A stretch of DNA of 59,999 nucleotides from a virus (lineage: Duplodnaviria; Caudoviricetes), in the IMG/VR virus record IMGVR_UViG_3300034158_000041, positions 1 through 59,999 of that record; one strand, given 5' to 3'. This document shows, piece after piece, positions 45,520-54,560 of this stretch (the first letter of the stretch is position 1; each line of letters begins with the position of its first letter). Both the position numbers and the translations under genes were made by a program. The notes below the pieces were generated by a model. The model saw only the letters and a list, made by a program, of their open reading frames with translations, searched no databases and was not told the DNA's origin.

Positions 45520-45876
45520 TTATACCGCACCAGGCACGGAAGAATTAAACTTAATAGCCTTTAGGAAATCGCGATCTAGGTGAGACTTTTTAGGACTAGA
45601 ATTGCCATCGTTGTAAATTTGACATTGACAAAACGCATATCCGCGCGAGTCATATCGTATGACTTCATTGCATTTTCTGCAAGATTTAGGGCCCGCGTTT
45701 AGCTTAACTTCTTCGGAACCTGTAAAATAAGGATGATCTGTTTTAGTATCATGCCAGGAAAGCAAGCATACAGACGCTTCTATTGCCTTCCAGGATGTGC
45801 CAACCTTCGACTTATGGCCTTCGTGGGCTAATCGCCCGCGCGCTTTGTACTCTTTTCCACTAGAGTTGGCATGCAC
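45520..45876 (-). CDS. Hypothetical zinc-ribbon protein
   Basis: CRKC...FCQC. Confidence 0.5.
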   Translation of the reverse strand: MHANSSGKEYKARGRLAHEGHKSKVGTSWKAIEASVCLLSWHDTKTDHPYFTGSEEVKLNAGPKSCRKCNEVIRYDSRGYAFCQCQIYNDGNSSPKKSHLDRDFLKAIKFNSSVPGAV

Positions 45877-45907
45877 AAAATGTAATTGAAACTATTACTA
45901 TAAATAA

Positions 45908-46405
45908 CTACCTATCGTCTGGAAAATTCAAGCAACTAAATGCTTTGAAAAGTTTCCTAGCCTCCGCATCGTATGCCAATGCCGCATCTATCTCGGTATC
46001 GAAGTATCCTATATGTATCCGAGACCCATTCATTTTTATTCTGGCCCGCCATCTCTTGTCTCGGGCTTCCCAGTCAACCCCTTTATATTTGCTGCTAGTG
46101 ATACGATTCTGTTTCCTGCTGTTCTGGCAATTTTCTCGACACGTCGCGATTCTAAGATTTTCTCTCCGATTATCCAAACCATCGTGGTTTATATGATCTA
46201 TCTGTTCGTCGTCGCGAAGTTTTCTATCCAGCATCCGTTCCATAATCACGCGATGCATCAACACGCCAGCCACACGCGTTGACATCCGCATTGCATATGC
46301 ACGCGTGTTTACGTGACTGCGACACGCGCACCATTTCTCTTCGCTTAGTTCAACGTCTTCCCGACTTATTGTCACCATTTTGCCACCCGCAAGACGAATT
46401 TTCAT
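45908..46405 (-). CDS. HNH endonuclease with an AP2 domain
   Basis: MHR..IDHINHDGLDNRRENLR..EN..N; SKYKGV.W..RWRARI..GYFDTEIDAALAYD. Confidence 0.92.
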   Translation of the reverse strand: MKIRLAGGKMVTISREDVELSEEKWCACRSHVNTRAYAMRMSTRVAGVLMHRVIMERMLDRKLRDDEQIDHINHDGLDNRRENLRIATCRENCQNSRKQNRITSSKYKGVDWEARDKRWRARIKMNGSRIHIGYFDTEIDAALAYDAEARKLFKAFSCLNFPDDR

Positions 46406-46530
46406 TTGATGCCCCGCACGCGTTCCTTATTCCAGTACGGGCTTTTGCATTTTGGGCAATTCTTTGGAGGCTTGTCGCTCCGAGGAATCCAGGAATGACC
46501 GCAGCGATTACAGGAAAGATGAGGAAGCAT
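46402..46530 (-). CDS. Archaeal zinc-ribbon microprotein (not in track)
   Basis: CNRCGHSWIPR..PKNCPKCKSPYWN. Confidence 0.7.
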   Translation of the reverse strand: MLPHLSCNRCGHSWIPRSDKPPKNCPKCKSPYWNKERVRGIK

Positions 46531-47293
46531 CAAACCTCCTGTCCGTCTTTATCGAAGACCATTGATCCGAGATGTGAATGCACCGTCACAAAATCGTCTT
46601 TCTTCCTTGCACTGAAACAGATTGTGCCGACTTCTCCAAATCGATCACAGTAGGCATAATACATTTTGCTTTTGATTTCATTAGATACATCTGATAAATT
46701 TATCATGCTTTTCCCTTGCAACTTGCCACCGCGTCTATGCAATTATCGCACGCCGGGTAGTACACTCGCGTCTTGATACCTTCTCTGATCTCATACTTCC
46801 ACATCTTACCGCCCCCCATATCACAATTCGAACCGCAAAAGTGACATGAGGATGAACCTCTGACATGAATAATCGGATGCTTCATGCTTTCCTCTTCAGC
46901 ATACAATCGTATGCGTGGTGGTCCCACATAGCACACCCTTCCCGTTGGCATCTATCATCGAGTAAAATATCCATCGCCCTTCCGATAAAACGAAGAGGGC
47001 ATATTGCATCATCTTTCATTTACGGTACCCCATATGATAAAGATACACGATCCCGTCTCTTTCTTCAGATTTCACCATTTCTTTGTTGCGAAACGGTTTC
47101 CCGCATTCGTTACAAATAAAATCGGTTGTGGGGTTCACAGCACAACACCGTCCATTGCGATCCTCACTCCACAAACATCAACTTGATTTTCGCCGTACAA
47201 ATTCCTGAAATACTGCATTGCTTCCTGTGGTGTCTTGTCTTCTGTTATCGAATCGATGCTTTCCCCGTTTACCATTAAATCGTACTTTGCCAT
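46530..47293 (-). CDS. Array of five coupled microproteins, mostly Cys-rich (47293-47135, 47138-47016, 47019-46882, 46885-46703, 46706-46530)
   Basis: ATGA/GTGA overlaps; CxxC motifs; BRE-TATA at 47333-47317. Confidence 0.5.
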
Positions 47294-47316
47294 AGATACT
47301 ACTATACGCCTATGAG

Positions 47317-47333
47317 CATATATACTTATCGGT
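47317..47333 (-). promoter_or_regulatory. Archaeal BRE-TATA ACCGATAAG-TATATATG
   Basis: About 24 nt before ATG 47293. Confidence 0.7.
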
Positions 47334-47366
47334 ACGGTCTGCTGCCTAATCTGGCAGGTCTTGGAT

Positions 47367-47711
47367 TCATTTCAGGCAATGTATCAACCTCCCCGCATGA
47401 TTATTAGTCATATTGCACTCCATAGCCACATCACTTGCAGTTGCTCCTGGATTGCGCTCCATATAGGCCCGAACTTCCTCCAGATCTCCCACAGCCGCCT
47501 TCATGCTGGTCTTGTGTGTCTCGAATCCTCCCCTCCTGCTGTCATCGCGCAGAGTGCAATCCGGCACTCGGCCCTCTTTCCAGGCCCTGATGTTCTTGGA
47601 TGTCTGGGTGGCTTTGATACCCCATAGCCTGCCGATGTCGGACAGAGGCCACCCAAAATCATATAAGAGCGCCATACCGGCATACTGGTCTCGCTGGACC
47701 TTGGGAGTCAT
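47367..47711 (-). CDS. Double HTH protein
   Basis: GWPLSDIGRLWGI and NPGATASDVAMEC. Confidence 0.6.
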   Translation of the reverse strand: MTPKVQRDQYAGMALLYDFGWPLSDIGRLWGIKATQTSKNIRAWKEGRVPDCTLRDDSRRGGFETHKTSMKAAVGDLEEVRAYMERNPGATASDVAMECNMTNNHAGRLIHCLK

Positions 47712-47911
47712 GCCTTCCTCCAGCCGACTGTTCTTGGAGCTCCTTGAGCTCCCTTGACCCGAATCTCAACCTTCTGCATCTTGCCGTCTTTGGCAAGACC
47801 CCTCAGAACCTGCCTCAGATAGCTATCAGCAATATCGAATTGTTTCACAAGTTCCTGGATGGTACAGATTCCATCTGGCATTTCAGCCAAGATTTGCTCT
47901 GCTCTGGTCAT
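47708..47911 (-). CDS. Winged-HTH protein
   Basis: TIQELVKQFDIADSYLRQVLRGLAKDGKM. Confidence 0.65.
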   Translation of the reverse strand: MTRAEQILAEMPDGICTIQELVKQFDIADSYLRQVLRGLAKDGKMQKVEIRVKGAQGAPRTVGWRKA

Positions 47912-48164
47912 AGTCCCATTTCCCGTTTAATCATATTCAGCCTTAAAATTCGCTGCATATTTATTCCCGTTTTCGCGAAGAAGTAGCGAAACTTGGCGGC
48001 AAGCCCTCCATCTGAGTGTGCCCAGGCCCAATCATCCATGTTGAAGCCGTCCACTTCTTCCAGGAGCCAGTAAGCATGCGTCTGGAGCTGCCAATACCAG
48101 AACACGCCATCACACCGCGGTTTCATCTCTTCTGGAGAAGAGTAGGTTGTGCCTGCCCAGCCGC

Positions 48165-48434
48165 TCATAAACATTTCTCCGGCAGGTCTACGCAATGATT
48201 CTTTCCCTCGGTATTCTTTCCTTCCAGCATTGCGCGGGCCTCTTCCATGTAACACCAGGATCCGATCTTGTGCCCATTGTAGGATGGCGCAGTTCTATGT
48301 TTCGCTCTCTTCTTCCCGGTGTGCCAGTCACCATCACATTTTTTGGAGCAAAACTTATGGTCGCTTCGCCGTACCAGATATGGCCACCGTTCGAATGGTT
48401 CTCCGCACTCCTCGCAAATAACTGATAGCTTCAT
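48165..48434 (-). CDS. Treble-clef zinc-finger protein
   Basis: CEECGEPF...KFCSKKC. Confidence 0.55.
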   Translation of the reverse strand: MKLSVICEECGEPFERWPYLVRRSDHKFCSKKCDGDWHTGKKRAKHRTAPSYNGHKIGSWCYMEEARAMLEGKNTEGKNHCVDLPEKCL

Positions 48435-48652
48435 ATCCATGCATCCATGATTACCTTGTGATATGGCCCCTCTTTCCAGGCATTGACCGCGCCTGCCAAC
48501 CTCTTGCCCTTCTTGGCAATTATGCCATTTGCATGCATCCTCTGAATGCACCCTCTCCCAGGCTTGATGAACTCACATTTCGCGAGCATTTCTCTTGTTA
48601 TGCCATGCTCTTCCATCCAGATTATTTCCCTGGATGGTTGCTTGCCCTTCAT
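48431..48652 (-). CDS. Small winged-helix-like protein
   Basis: Coupled ORF; MHANGII.K. Confidence 0.45.
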   Translation of the reverse strand: MKGKQPSREIIWMEEHGITREMLAKCEFIKPGRGCIQRMHANGIIAKKGKRLAGAVNAWKEGPYHKVIMDAWI

Positions 48653-49509
48653 GCTGTCAGCTCCTTAATCCTTGCCCTGATAACCCCAACTTGCATGGGA
48701 TAACCCGATCGATCCAAGACCTGTTTGATCTCAAAGTCAAAGTCTCCAGCCTCATGCATGTCTAGCATGATTAGGTCGGCTTCTGACAAAGGAGATGAGG
48801 GAATCATAGGTTTCTTAGGAGATTTGGCTTCCTTGGGGCTCTGGTGAGATCCTAGAGGCTTTTCGAGGTATATCTCGGAGCATTCTTTCATGGTATCTCT
48901 AGCAATCTCCAGATTCTTCTTCTTGATGGCTCCCATATAGCCACCCAGCTTCTGGTGACTGATCTCGATGGAATGTTCAGAAGCCAGATGTTCCAAGATA
49001 GCCCGGGGTGTGAACTGATGGCTCATATAGCCTTCTATCAGGCCCCTGACATCTGGTATCGTGATCTTTGAGAAATCCTCCTCACATTGCACCGAACAAA
49101 AGGGCACCAGTCCGCGGGGATGCTCCATATTAAGATCGAAAGACACCCCGCAATAGGCACAGGACTTCATGTGGCTTTGCTGGCTGACAGATCTGCCAAA
49201 AGGCATGTACTTATCTGGATCTTCCTTTGCGTCGAGCCTTGGGGCTTTGGCGGGCTTCTGTGAGTATTCCTTCTCGCACTCGTAATTGCAGAAAAATTCG
49301 CCGTCTTCCATGATCGCGTTGGGTCCGCGTGGATTCTTGCCACAGTTCTCACATGTTATTTTAGGAAACTCTGACACGAAATTCTTGCGCGGTCTGGAGA
49401 AATCACCCTTTTCGGGTTCTCCTGCGAACTGTCCGTGGGGTTGCCAGGCTGCTATCTGGGCATCGATCTCGGCCTGGGTGCCGGAGAATATGACTTGGAT
49501 GGGAATCAT
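48649..49509 (-). CDS. Protein with two TRASH/MYM-like zinc fingers and HTH-like segments
   Basis: CENCG..FCNYEC and CAYCG..FCSVQC. Confidence 0.6.
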   Translation of the reverse strand: MIPIQVIFSGTQAEIDAQIAAWQPHGQFAGEPEKGDFSRPRKNFVSEFPKITCENCGKNPRGPNAIMEDGEFFCNYECEKEYSQKPAKAPRLDAKEDPDKYMPFGRSVSQQSHMKSCAYCGVSFDLNMEHPRGLVPFCSVQCEEDFSKITIPDVRGLIEGYMSHQFTPRAILEHLASEHSIEISHQKLGGYMGAIKKKNLEIARDTMKECSEIYLEKPLGSHQSPKEAKSPKKPMIPSSPLSEADLIMLDMHEAGDFDFEIKQVLDRSGYPMQVGVIRARIKELTA

Positions 49510-49696
49510 GCACTCTCCCCAATCCACAACAGATCAGCAACCTGGAAAGAAATGTCTTTCTCGCCGTCATATTCCGCTACAAGAGTAACGGTCTCGCTCC
49601 CCCATATTCGGGAAGTAAAAGACTCAAACGACTCCGCGCCCAAATTAATTGTTGCATAGATTCGGCTTATGCCGTTCTTAAACTGAAATTCAAGTT

Positions 49697-49837
49697 TCAT
49701 GCTTTGCCCTCCAGCCAGGAGTGGACCGCATTCCTAACCTTCTCACTCCAGCTCCCGGGCAATCCTGCCAGATGGGCCTCATCAGAGGCATATAGCTTGA
49801 TGCCATGGCAGGGGCCGAGATCTTGTTTTTTCCTCAT
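49697..49837 (-). CDS. Ribbon-helix-helix microprotein (not in track)
   Basis: HGIKLYASDEAHL..SWSEKVRNAVHSWL. Confidence 0.55.
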   Translation of the reverse strand: MRKKQDLGPCHGIKLYASDEAHLAGLPGSWSEKVRNAVHSWLEGKA

Positions 49838-50041
49838 ATATCAGTCTCCTTAATCCAGCAGATCTCTGCCTTCTCATATCCTGGTTTGCTTCTTATATAG
49901 TCCATCGCCGCGTTCTTGTCTGCGGCGAAGAATTTCCAGTTCTCGGAGAACTTGGTTCTCTTGGTTTTCAGAAAGCAAGCCTCGAAGAGAGGTTGCCCGC
50001 TTGCATTGTAGGATGTCATACTACCCTATAGGCAGGATGAG

Positions 50042-50058
50042 GATATAAATCTTACGGT
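50042..50058 (-). promoter_or_regulatory. Archaeal BRE-TATA ACCGTAAGA-TTTATATC
   Basis: About 23 nt before ATG 50019. Confidence 0.7.
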
Positions 50059-50062
50059 AAGA

Positions 50063-52954
50063 TTATCCTTTTATCCAGCTCGGCACCGCCTCTTGGAATC
50101 CTATGCTCTTCAAATATGCCTCGCTGTCCATCGGTTTCATCTCTCCGCCCATATCTTTGATTCTCATGGAGAGGGTGAAGGGGGTTAGCTTGCCTTTGTT
50201 GAGCAGAATGCTCTGTAATGCTCTATTTGGTACATCATTGTCCTTTTCTGGTGTTTCCTCTTTGGCCTCTTTAGCCTCAAACGATGTTTCATAACGATCT
50301 TCTAGGGTATCGTTGACCTCTTCTATGGGCCGCTTGATATCGATTTTTTCCTCTGTAACGATTACGTCGATCTTTTCAACCAAGTCCTTTCTACTATATG
50401 CTTTATGGCAATTATTTGTACGTTTCAATAAGTCGTTAAAGATCGTTACATTCGTTACAATCGACCCACCGCTATTGCTTATAGTATCGTTACTAATCGT
50501 TTCAAGATCGTTCAAGATAGTTACTAAAGGAGTATTAGAGTACTCAATCGTTTTCTTGCCTATAAAGGCTTTAAATTCCTTTTCATCGAACCTAAGACCT
50601 TTAAATCCTCGCATCTCTGCGCCATCGACCCTAATTGTAACCGATGGTTGACCATTCTTCCCCCCGATATATCTGGAGAACTTTTTGCGACTCATCTTTG
50701 CCCCGACCGCGAACCGAGTGTACTCTTCGAATTTTGAGTATAACAAATCGGCAGAAATCTTATTGAAATCGTTATCTCTGTCGTTTGGTTCAAAGGTCAC
50801 AAATTGATCAATAAAATCCGAAATTGAATGACTCTGTATCTCATAAGCCTCAAAGTCGTTCTCCCTTCGGTGAATTTTGCGGTCTGGTATGATCGCCTTT
50901 GCCCGTTCGATTATCAGGTTAAGAATGCCGCTTAGTTCCGATTCAGTACAAAGCCTTGTCTCTAGGTTCGGGTCTTTTTGCCTTTGCAGAGGGTTCAAAG
51001 GATCTGGATTATCCACGAATTCATAAGGATGGTTTACTCTCGTGAACCTGCGAATAAAGCCATAGCTATTGTCCTCAAAGATCGGCATCGAGTTGCTATC
51101 AAATATCATCTGCAAAAATGCCCGGAACCTGATCCTGTCCTTGTTTTTGACATCAGCACTGAGCCAATCATTGCCCGATATCTTCTTAATAAGCTCGGTC
51201 TTTGCGCGGTCTGGGTTGGTTTCTGTTGATATGCACATCCTGGCCCGTCTCAGGTATCCGAGAGCAAAGTTTGATTTGGTCAACTCCTCTAAGCTTATCG
51301 CTTCTGTGAACTCTTCCCCGAAAAACGTCTGCAAGAGCGTCTCGTAGATCCTTTTTCCATTGCTGCCGTGCCCTGTTAGGAAGAGGAGATACTCGAATTC
51401 TACCAGACAGGCACAAGCTACTATCCAGTCGATGAGGGTAAGCCTGTCGCTGTCGTTTGATAACGATCCCTCTATAAATTCCACAAACACCGGGCAGGTC
51501 GCCGCCTTGTTATAGGTCACTTTGCAAGGCATTGTCATATAATATTCGGGCGAATGATCCGAGAAGGTGCCTGTCTTGAGGTCTACCACACCATTCTTGC
51601 AGCACAAAAGATAAGGATTTTTGTCAAGTTCATTAAATTCTACCAATGTTCTTAAATAAATCTTTTTAAGAGTTTCCACGCCTGCATGAATATTATAACA
51701 GCTCGCGGCCACTCTTTCAAATGTCTGCTCTATAATTGTTTCCCCATCCGGCCTATAGTATCCGTTTTCATATACCCATATCCTTTTATCTGGCGTAGTG
51801 ACGATATGCAAGTATTGGCAAACGGCATCTGCTGCCCGGGATGGATTGAATTTGACTTTATCAAATTGCCCGCCCTCATCATATTCGATGTCGGCAACAT
51901 CTTCAAGCCGGAGTTCTAATGCCAGGGTCTTTGGTCTTTTTGGCTGCTCAAATATCGGTTCGTTTCGAACCTGTCTGGGTTCATACAGTTCCCTCAGATC
52001 GCGCCAGCCTTTGCCTGTGCATCCATTGTGCTGGCAACCCGCGACCACCGCGCCAGATGGGTACTGAATCACCCACGCCGATCTATCAACATGTGATGAG
52101 TCCCACGGGCAGGTATCGAGCACATGGATAGTTCCGCCACCGTGTGCGGTCTTTCGTTTAACCACATCAAGACCGTGAGACGAAAGCCATTGCTCGATAT
52201 CTATCTTATCAGTTTGTTTTTCGTACCTTTCCGCATGTTCCTTTTGCTTGAAGCCCCATCCTAGACCCGCCAGGAGCTCTTCAGGCACGGGCTTAAGTTC
52301 TGCCGGCGCTTCTATGATTGCCGACTTTCTCCAGGGCCTCTCTGGCACGTTCGCGCCCTTGCGCGCCGTGGTGCCGTATGCCTTCCAGATCCGGGCCGCG
52401 TTGTAGTTTTTGCCATCAATCTTGACCTTATCATCGGAGAAGAGAGCATCCAGGGCTTTCAAAGCCAATTCCACTGATTCGGTGGAGGCATCATTGTTTG
52501 GCAGATCTATTGGATATATCAGGTGCGCGCCGTTGCCAGAGTCTGCGTATATGGGGTCCGGCCATCCTAATGTTTGGAGATGTTCGCGAACCTCTAGGGC
52601 CCTCTTCAGAGCCGCTTCATGCTCTTCATCGGTTGATGAGATCTCCGCCGGCCTGGTAGGGTCAAAGTCCACTGGCAGCCAATAGCGCCTCTCTATATCG
52701 GCATCTGATGTAGTTGCCATGCCCTCGCGCGGAGAGCTGAGGGAATCCGGCCGCCTGGCATAAAGGGCCGGGTTAATCTTGTTTAGAATGAAATATATGC
52801 CTTTGTGTTCTCCGGTTTTATCAAGGATATTAATGGTCTCTTCCAGCTTCTTAAAATCCTTATAATACCCGCTCTGGACGACGTTCTTTTGCTTGCCGAG
52901 GGCTCGCATTTCGATAACATGCCCCGGTTTGAAAAAAATACTCAAATCATTCAA
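50063..52954 (-). CDS. Primase-helicase (AEP-like primase, Zn finger, D5_N, SF3 helicase)
   Basis: VDFD and DSGNGAH primase motifs; CPW..H..C.H..C; CKNGVVDLKTG.F..HSP; GHGSNGK; IKKISGND; RRF. Confidence 0.88.
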   Translation of the reverse strand: MNDLSIFFKPGHVIEMRALGKQKNVVQSGYYKDFKKLEETINILDKTGEHKGIYFILNKINPALYARRPDSLSSPREGMATTSDADIERRYWLPVDFDPTRPAEISSTDEEHEAALKRALEVREHLQTLGWPDPIYADSGNGAHLIYPIDLPNNDASTESVELALKALDALFSDDKVKIDGKNYNAARIWKAYGTTARKGANVPERPWRKSAIIEAPAELKPVPEELLAGLGWGFKQKEHAERYEKQTDKIDIEQWLSSHGLDVVKRKTAHGGGTIHVLDTCPWDSSHVDRSAWVIQYPSGAVVAGCQHNGCTGKGWRDLRELYEPRQVRNEPIFEQPKRPKTLALELRLEDVADIEYDEGGQFDKVKFNPSRAADAVCQYLHIVTTPDKRIWVYENGYYRPDGETIIEQTFERVAASCYNIHAGVETLKKIYLRTLVEFNELDKNPYLLCCKNGVVDLKTGTFSDHSPEYYMTMPCKVTYNKAATCPVFVEFIEGSLSNDSDRLTLIDWIVACACLVEFEYLLFLTGHGSNGKRIYETLLQTFFGEEFTEAISLEELTKSNFALGYLRRARMCISTETNPDRAKTELIKKISGNDWLSADVKNKDRIRFRAFLQMIFDSNSMPIFEDNSYGFIRRFTRVNHPYEFVDNPDPLNPLQRQKDPNLETRLCTESELSGILNLIIERAKAIIPDRKIHRRENDFEAYEIQSHSISDFIDQFVTFEPNDRDNDFNKISADLLYSKFEEYTRFAVGAKMSRKKFSRYIGGKNGQPSVTIRVDGAEMRGFKGLRFDEKEFKAFIGKKTIEYSNTPLVTILNDLETISNDTISNSGGSIVTNVTIFNDLLKRTNNCHKAYSRKDLVEKIDVIVTEEKIDIKRPIEEVNDTLEDRYETSFEAKEAKEETPEKDNDVPNRALQSILLNKGKLTPFTLSMRIKDMGGEMKPMDSEAYLKSIGFQEAVPSWIKG
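50280..50553. repeat. Iteron-like ATCGTT(AC) array, putative replication origin within the primase-helicase gene
   Basis: About 12 exact or near copies; spaced 9-11 bp at 50432/42/51 and 50486/96/507/517; mostly inverted on the left of an AT-rich core. Confidence 0.6.
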
Positions 52955-53059
52955 CTTTCATCGCCCCGCAGTTCTCGCACTTCCCATCACATACCGGGGC
53001 TCCGGTGCTCTCATCATCGGGATCCGCGCCTATGCAGCAGTTGCCCTCATAGCAGTAAA

Positions 53060-53794
53060 TCATCTCATCGCCTCCGGGAATTCTTTCCTTAGACTCGACT
53101 TCTTTCCAGCTAACATAAGTTGCGCCGCCGTGAGACCCGATAATGGCAGAAGGTTGTCCTTGAGAAATACCGGAACGCCCCATATTTCGGCCTCATCTAC
53201 GATGTAGTTGATCCATTGCTTTTCAGGAACGATCTTATTTGTCCGGTTGCCCGTCTCCATGCCAATGATCGCCCATTCGATCCCTTCCAGATAAGGCAGG
53301 ACGGGTCCATGCAAGGGCTCAAAGGATATGAACCGATGCTTATCAACTGCTTTCCTCAGCGCCGCTATTCTCCAAGCATCACCCTGGTGAGTCACAGATA
53401 CGCCAAACCAAAGGTTGTCCGGTATGCCAATATTCATTTCCTGGAGCACTCCCATTCTATCGGGCCGCTTAGTAAGAACTAAGAAATGATGCTCCGGCTT
53501 CTGCCATGCCATCCACACAATAGATTCTATCCAGTCTTTTTTGACTCCAGGAGAGAACCAATCCGACATGCTGTCAAGGAATACCCGCTTTCCCTTTCCG
53601 CCCAAATTCTGTATATCGCGAAGCTTATCGGAATGGAACGCAGGCCCAAAGGGTTCGTCCTCTGGATAGCCGAACCTGCCTTTTAATCTGAAAGCCATCT
53701 TCCGGGCATAACAATATTCACACCCATTCAAGCATCCTGTTATCGGGTTTATGGTGTCGGTGCACCATCCGATTGGGTTGCTCATGCTACCCAC
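53060..53794 (-). CDS. Phage Gp37Gp68 / DUF5131 radical-SAM-like protein
   Basis: IGWCTDTINPITGCLNGCEYCYA; VF..SMSD.F; LTKRP; N.W.GVSV; FISFEPL; PVFLK. Confidence 0.9.
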   Translation of the reverse strand: MGSMSNPIGWCTDTINPITGCLNGCEYCYARKMAFRLKGRFGYPEDEPFGPAFHSDKLRDIQNLGGKGKRVFLDSMSDWFSPGVKKDWIESIVWMAWQKPEHHFLVLTKRPDRMGVLQEMNIGIPDNLWFGVSVTHQGDAWRIAALRKAVDKHRFISFEPLHGPVLPYLEGIEWAIIGMETGNRTNKIVPEKQWINYIVDEAEIWGVPVFLKDNLLPLSGLTAAQLMLAGKKSSLRKEFPEAMR

Positions 53795-53854
53795 CGAAGC
53801 CTATAAATACCCTCGGCCCTATTTATCTTATTGTCCATCTAGCATCTCTCCTTT

Positions 53855-54016
53855 TTAGGCTCCTTCAGGGGCCTTCTGCTCTTCCTTTTCTAAATATGCT
53901 TTCAAGGCATCTTCGACTACCTTGGATTGCCCTCTGAAAACCCCATATCTCTTCAGTGTAAAATCGCGCAGCTTTGCGGCGGTATCGTCGCTTATATCTA
54001 TTCCAATTTTAGCCAT
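53855..54016 (-). CDS. Ribbon-helix-helix regulator (not in track)
   Basis: KIGIDISDDTAAKLR..QSKVVEDALKAYL; divergent TTTAAATA boxes at 54039-54088. Confidence 0.7.
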   Translation of the reverse strand: MAKIGIDISDDTAAKLRDFTLKRYGVFRGQSKVVEDALKAYLEKEEQKAPEGA

Positions 54017-54248
54017 GTTTTGAAGTTGGTTCTCTTCTTATTTAAAGATAGTGCTAATGGGTTAATTGACTAGAGAAAGGTTTAAATAACCATAAGATAA
54101 CTAGGATGCTATGAGAAAGATGACCGTTGAAGAAGGCAAGCGTCTTGGAATGGAGCATCAAAAGGCTCGCGAAATGGAAGAGAATGAGATCAAGACGCAG
54201 AACTTTATCACCAATTCTATGAGCAGATTTTACCAGGAGAGCATGTAA

Positions 54249-54560
54249 ATGGGAAAAATTAAAGAACGGCTTCGCGAATTCGCGGCAGAACGTGATTGGA
54301 CTCAATATCACACACCAAGCAACCTGGCCAAATCAATCAGCATCGAAGCCGCCGAGTTGCTTGAGCTATTCCAGTGGCAGGACGCCCCAAAAGAAGACCC
54401 CGCCCCGGAAATGGCCGATGTGTTGATCTATCTCATCAGGTTGGCTGATGTCATGGGAATAGACCTGGTGGCAGCAACATGGGCAAAGATCGCCAGCAAT
54501 GCCGCCAAGTATCCGGTTGAGAAATGTAAAGGGAGGTCAGATAAGTATGACAAGCTATGA
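54249..54560 (+). CDS. MazG-like nucleotide pyrophosphohydrolase
   Basis: ERDW.QYHTP.NLA.SI.IEAAELLELFQW..EMADV..N..KYP. Confidence 0.92.
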   Translation: MGKIKERLREFAAERDWTQYHTPSNLAKSISIEAAELLELFQWQDAPKEDPAPEMADVLIYLIRLADVMGIDLVAATWAKIASNAAKYPVEKCKGRSDKYDKL

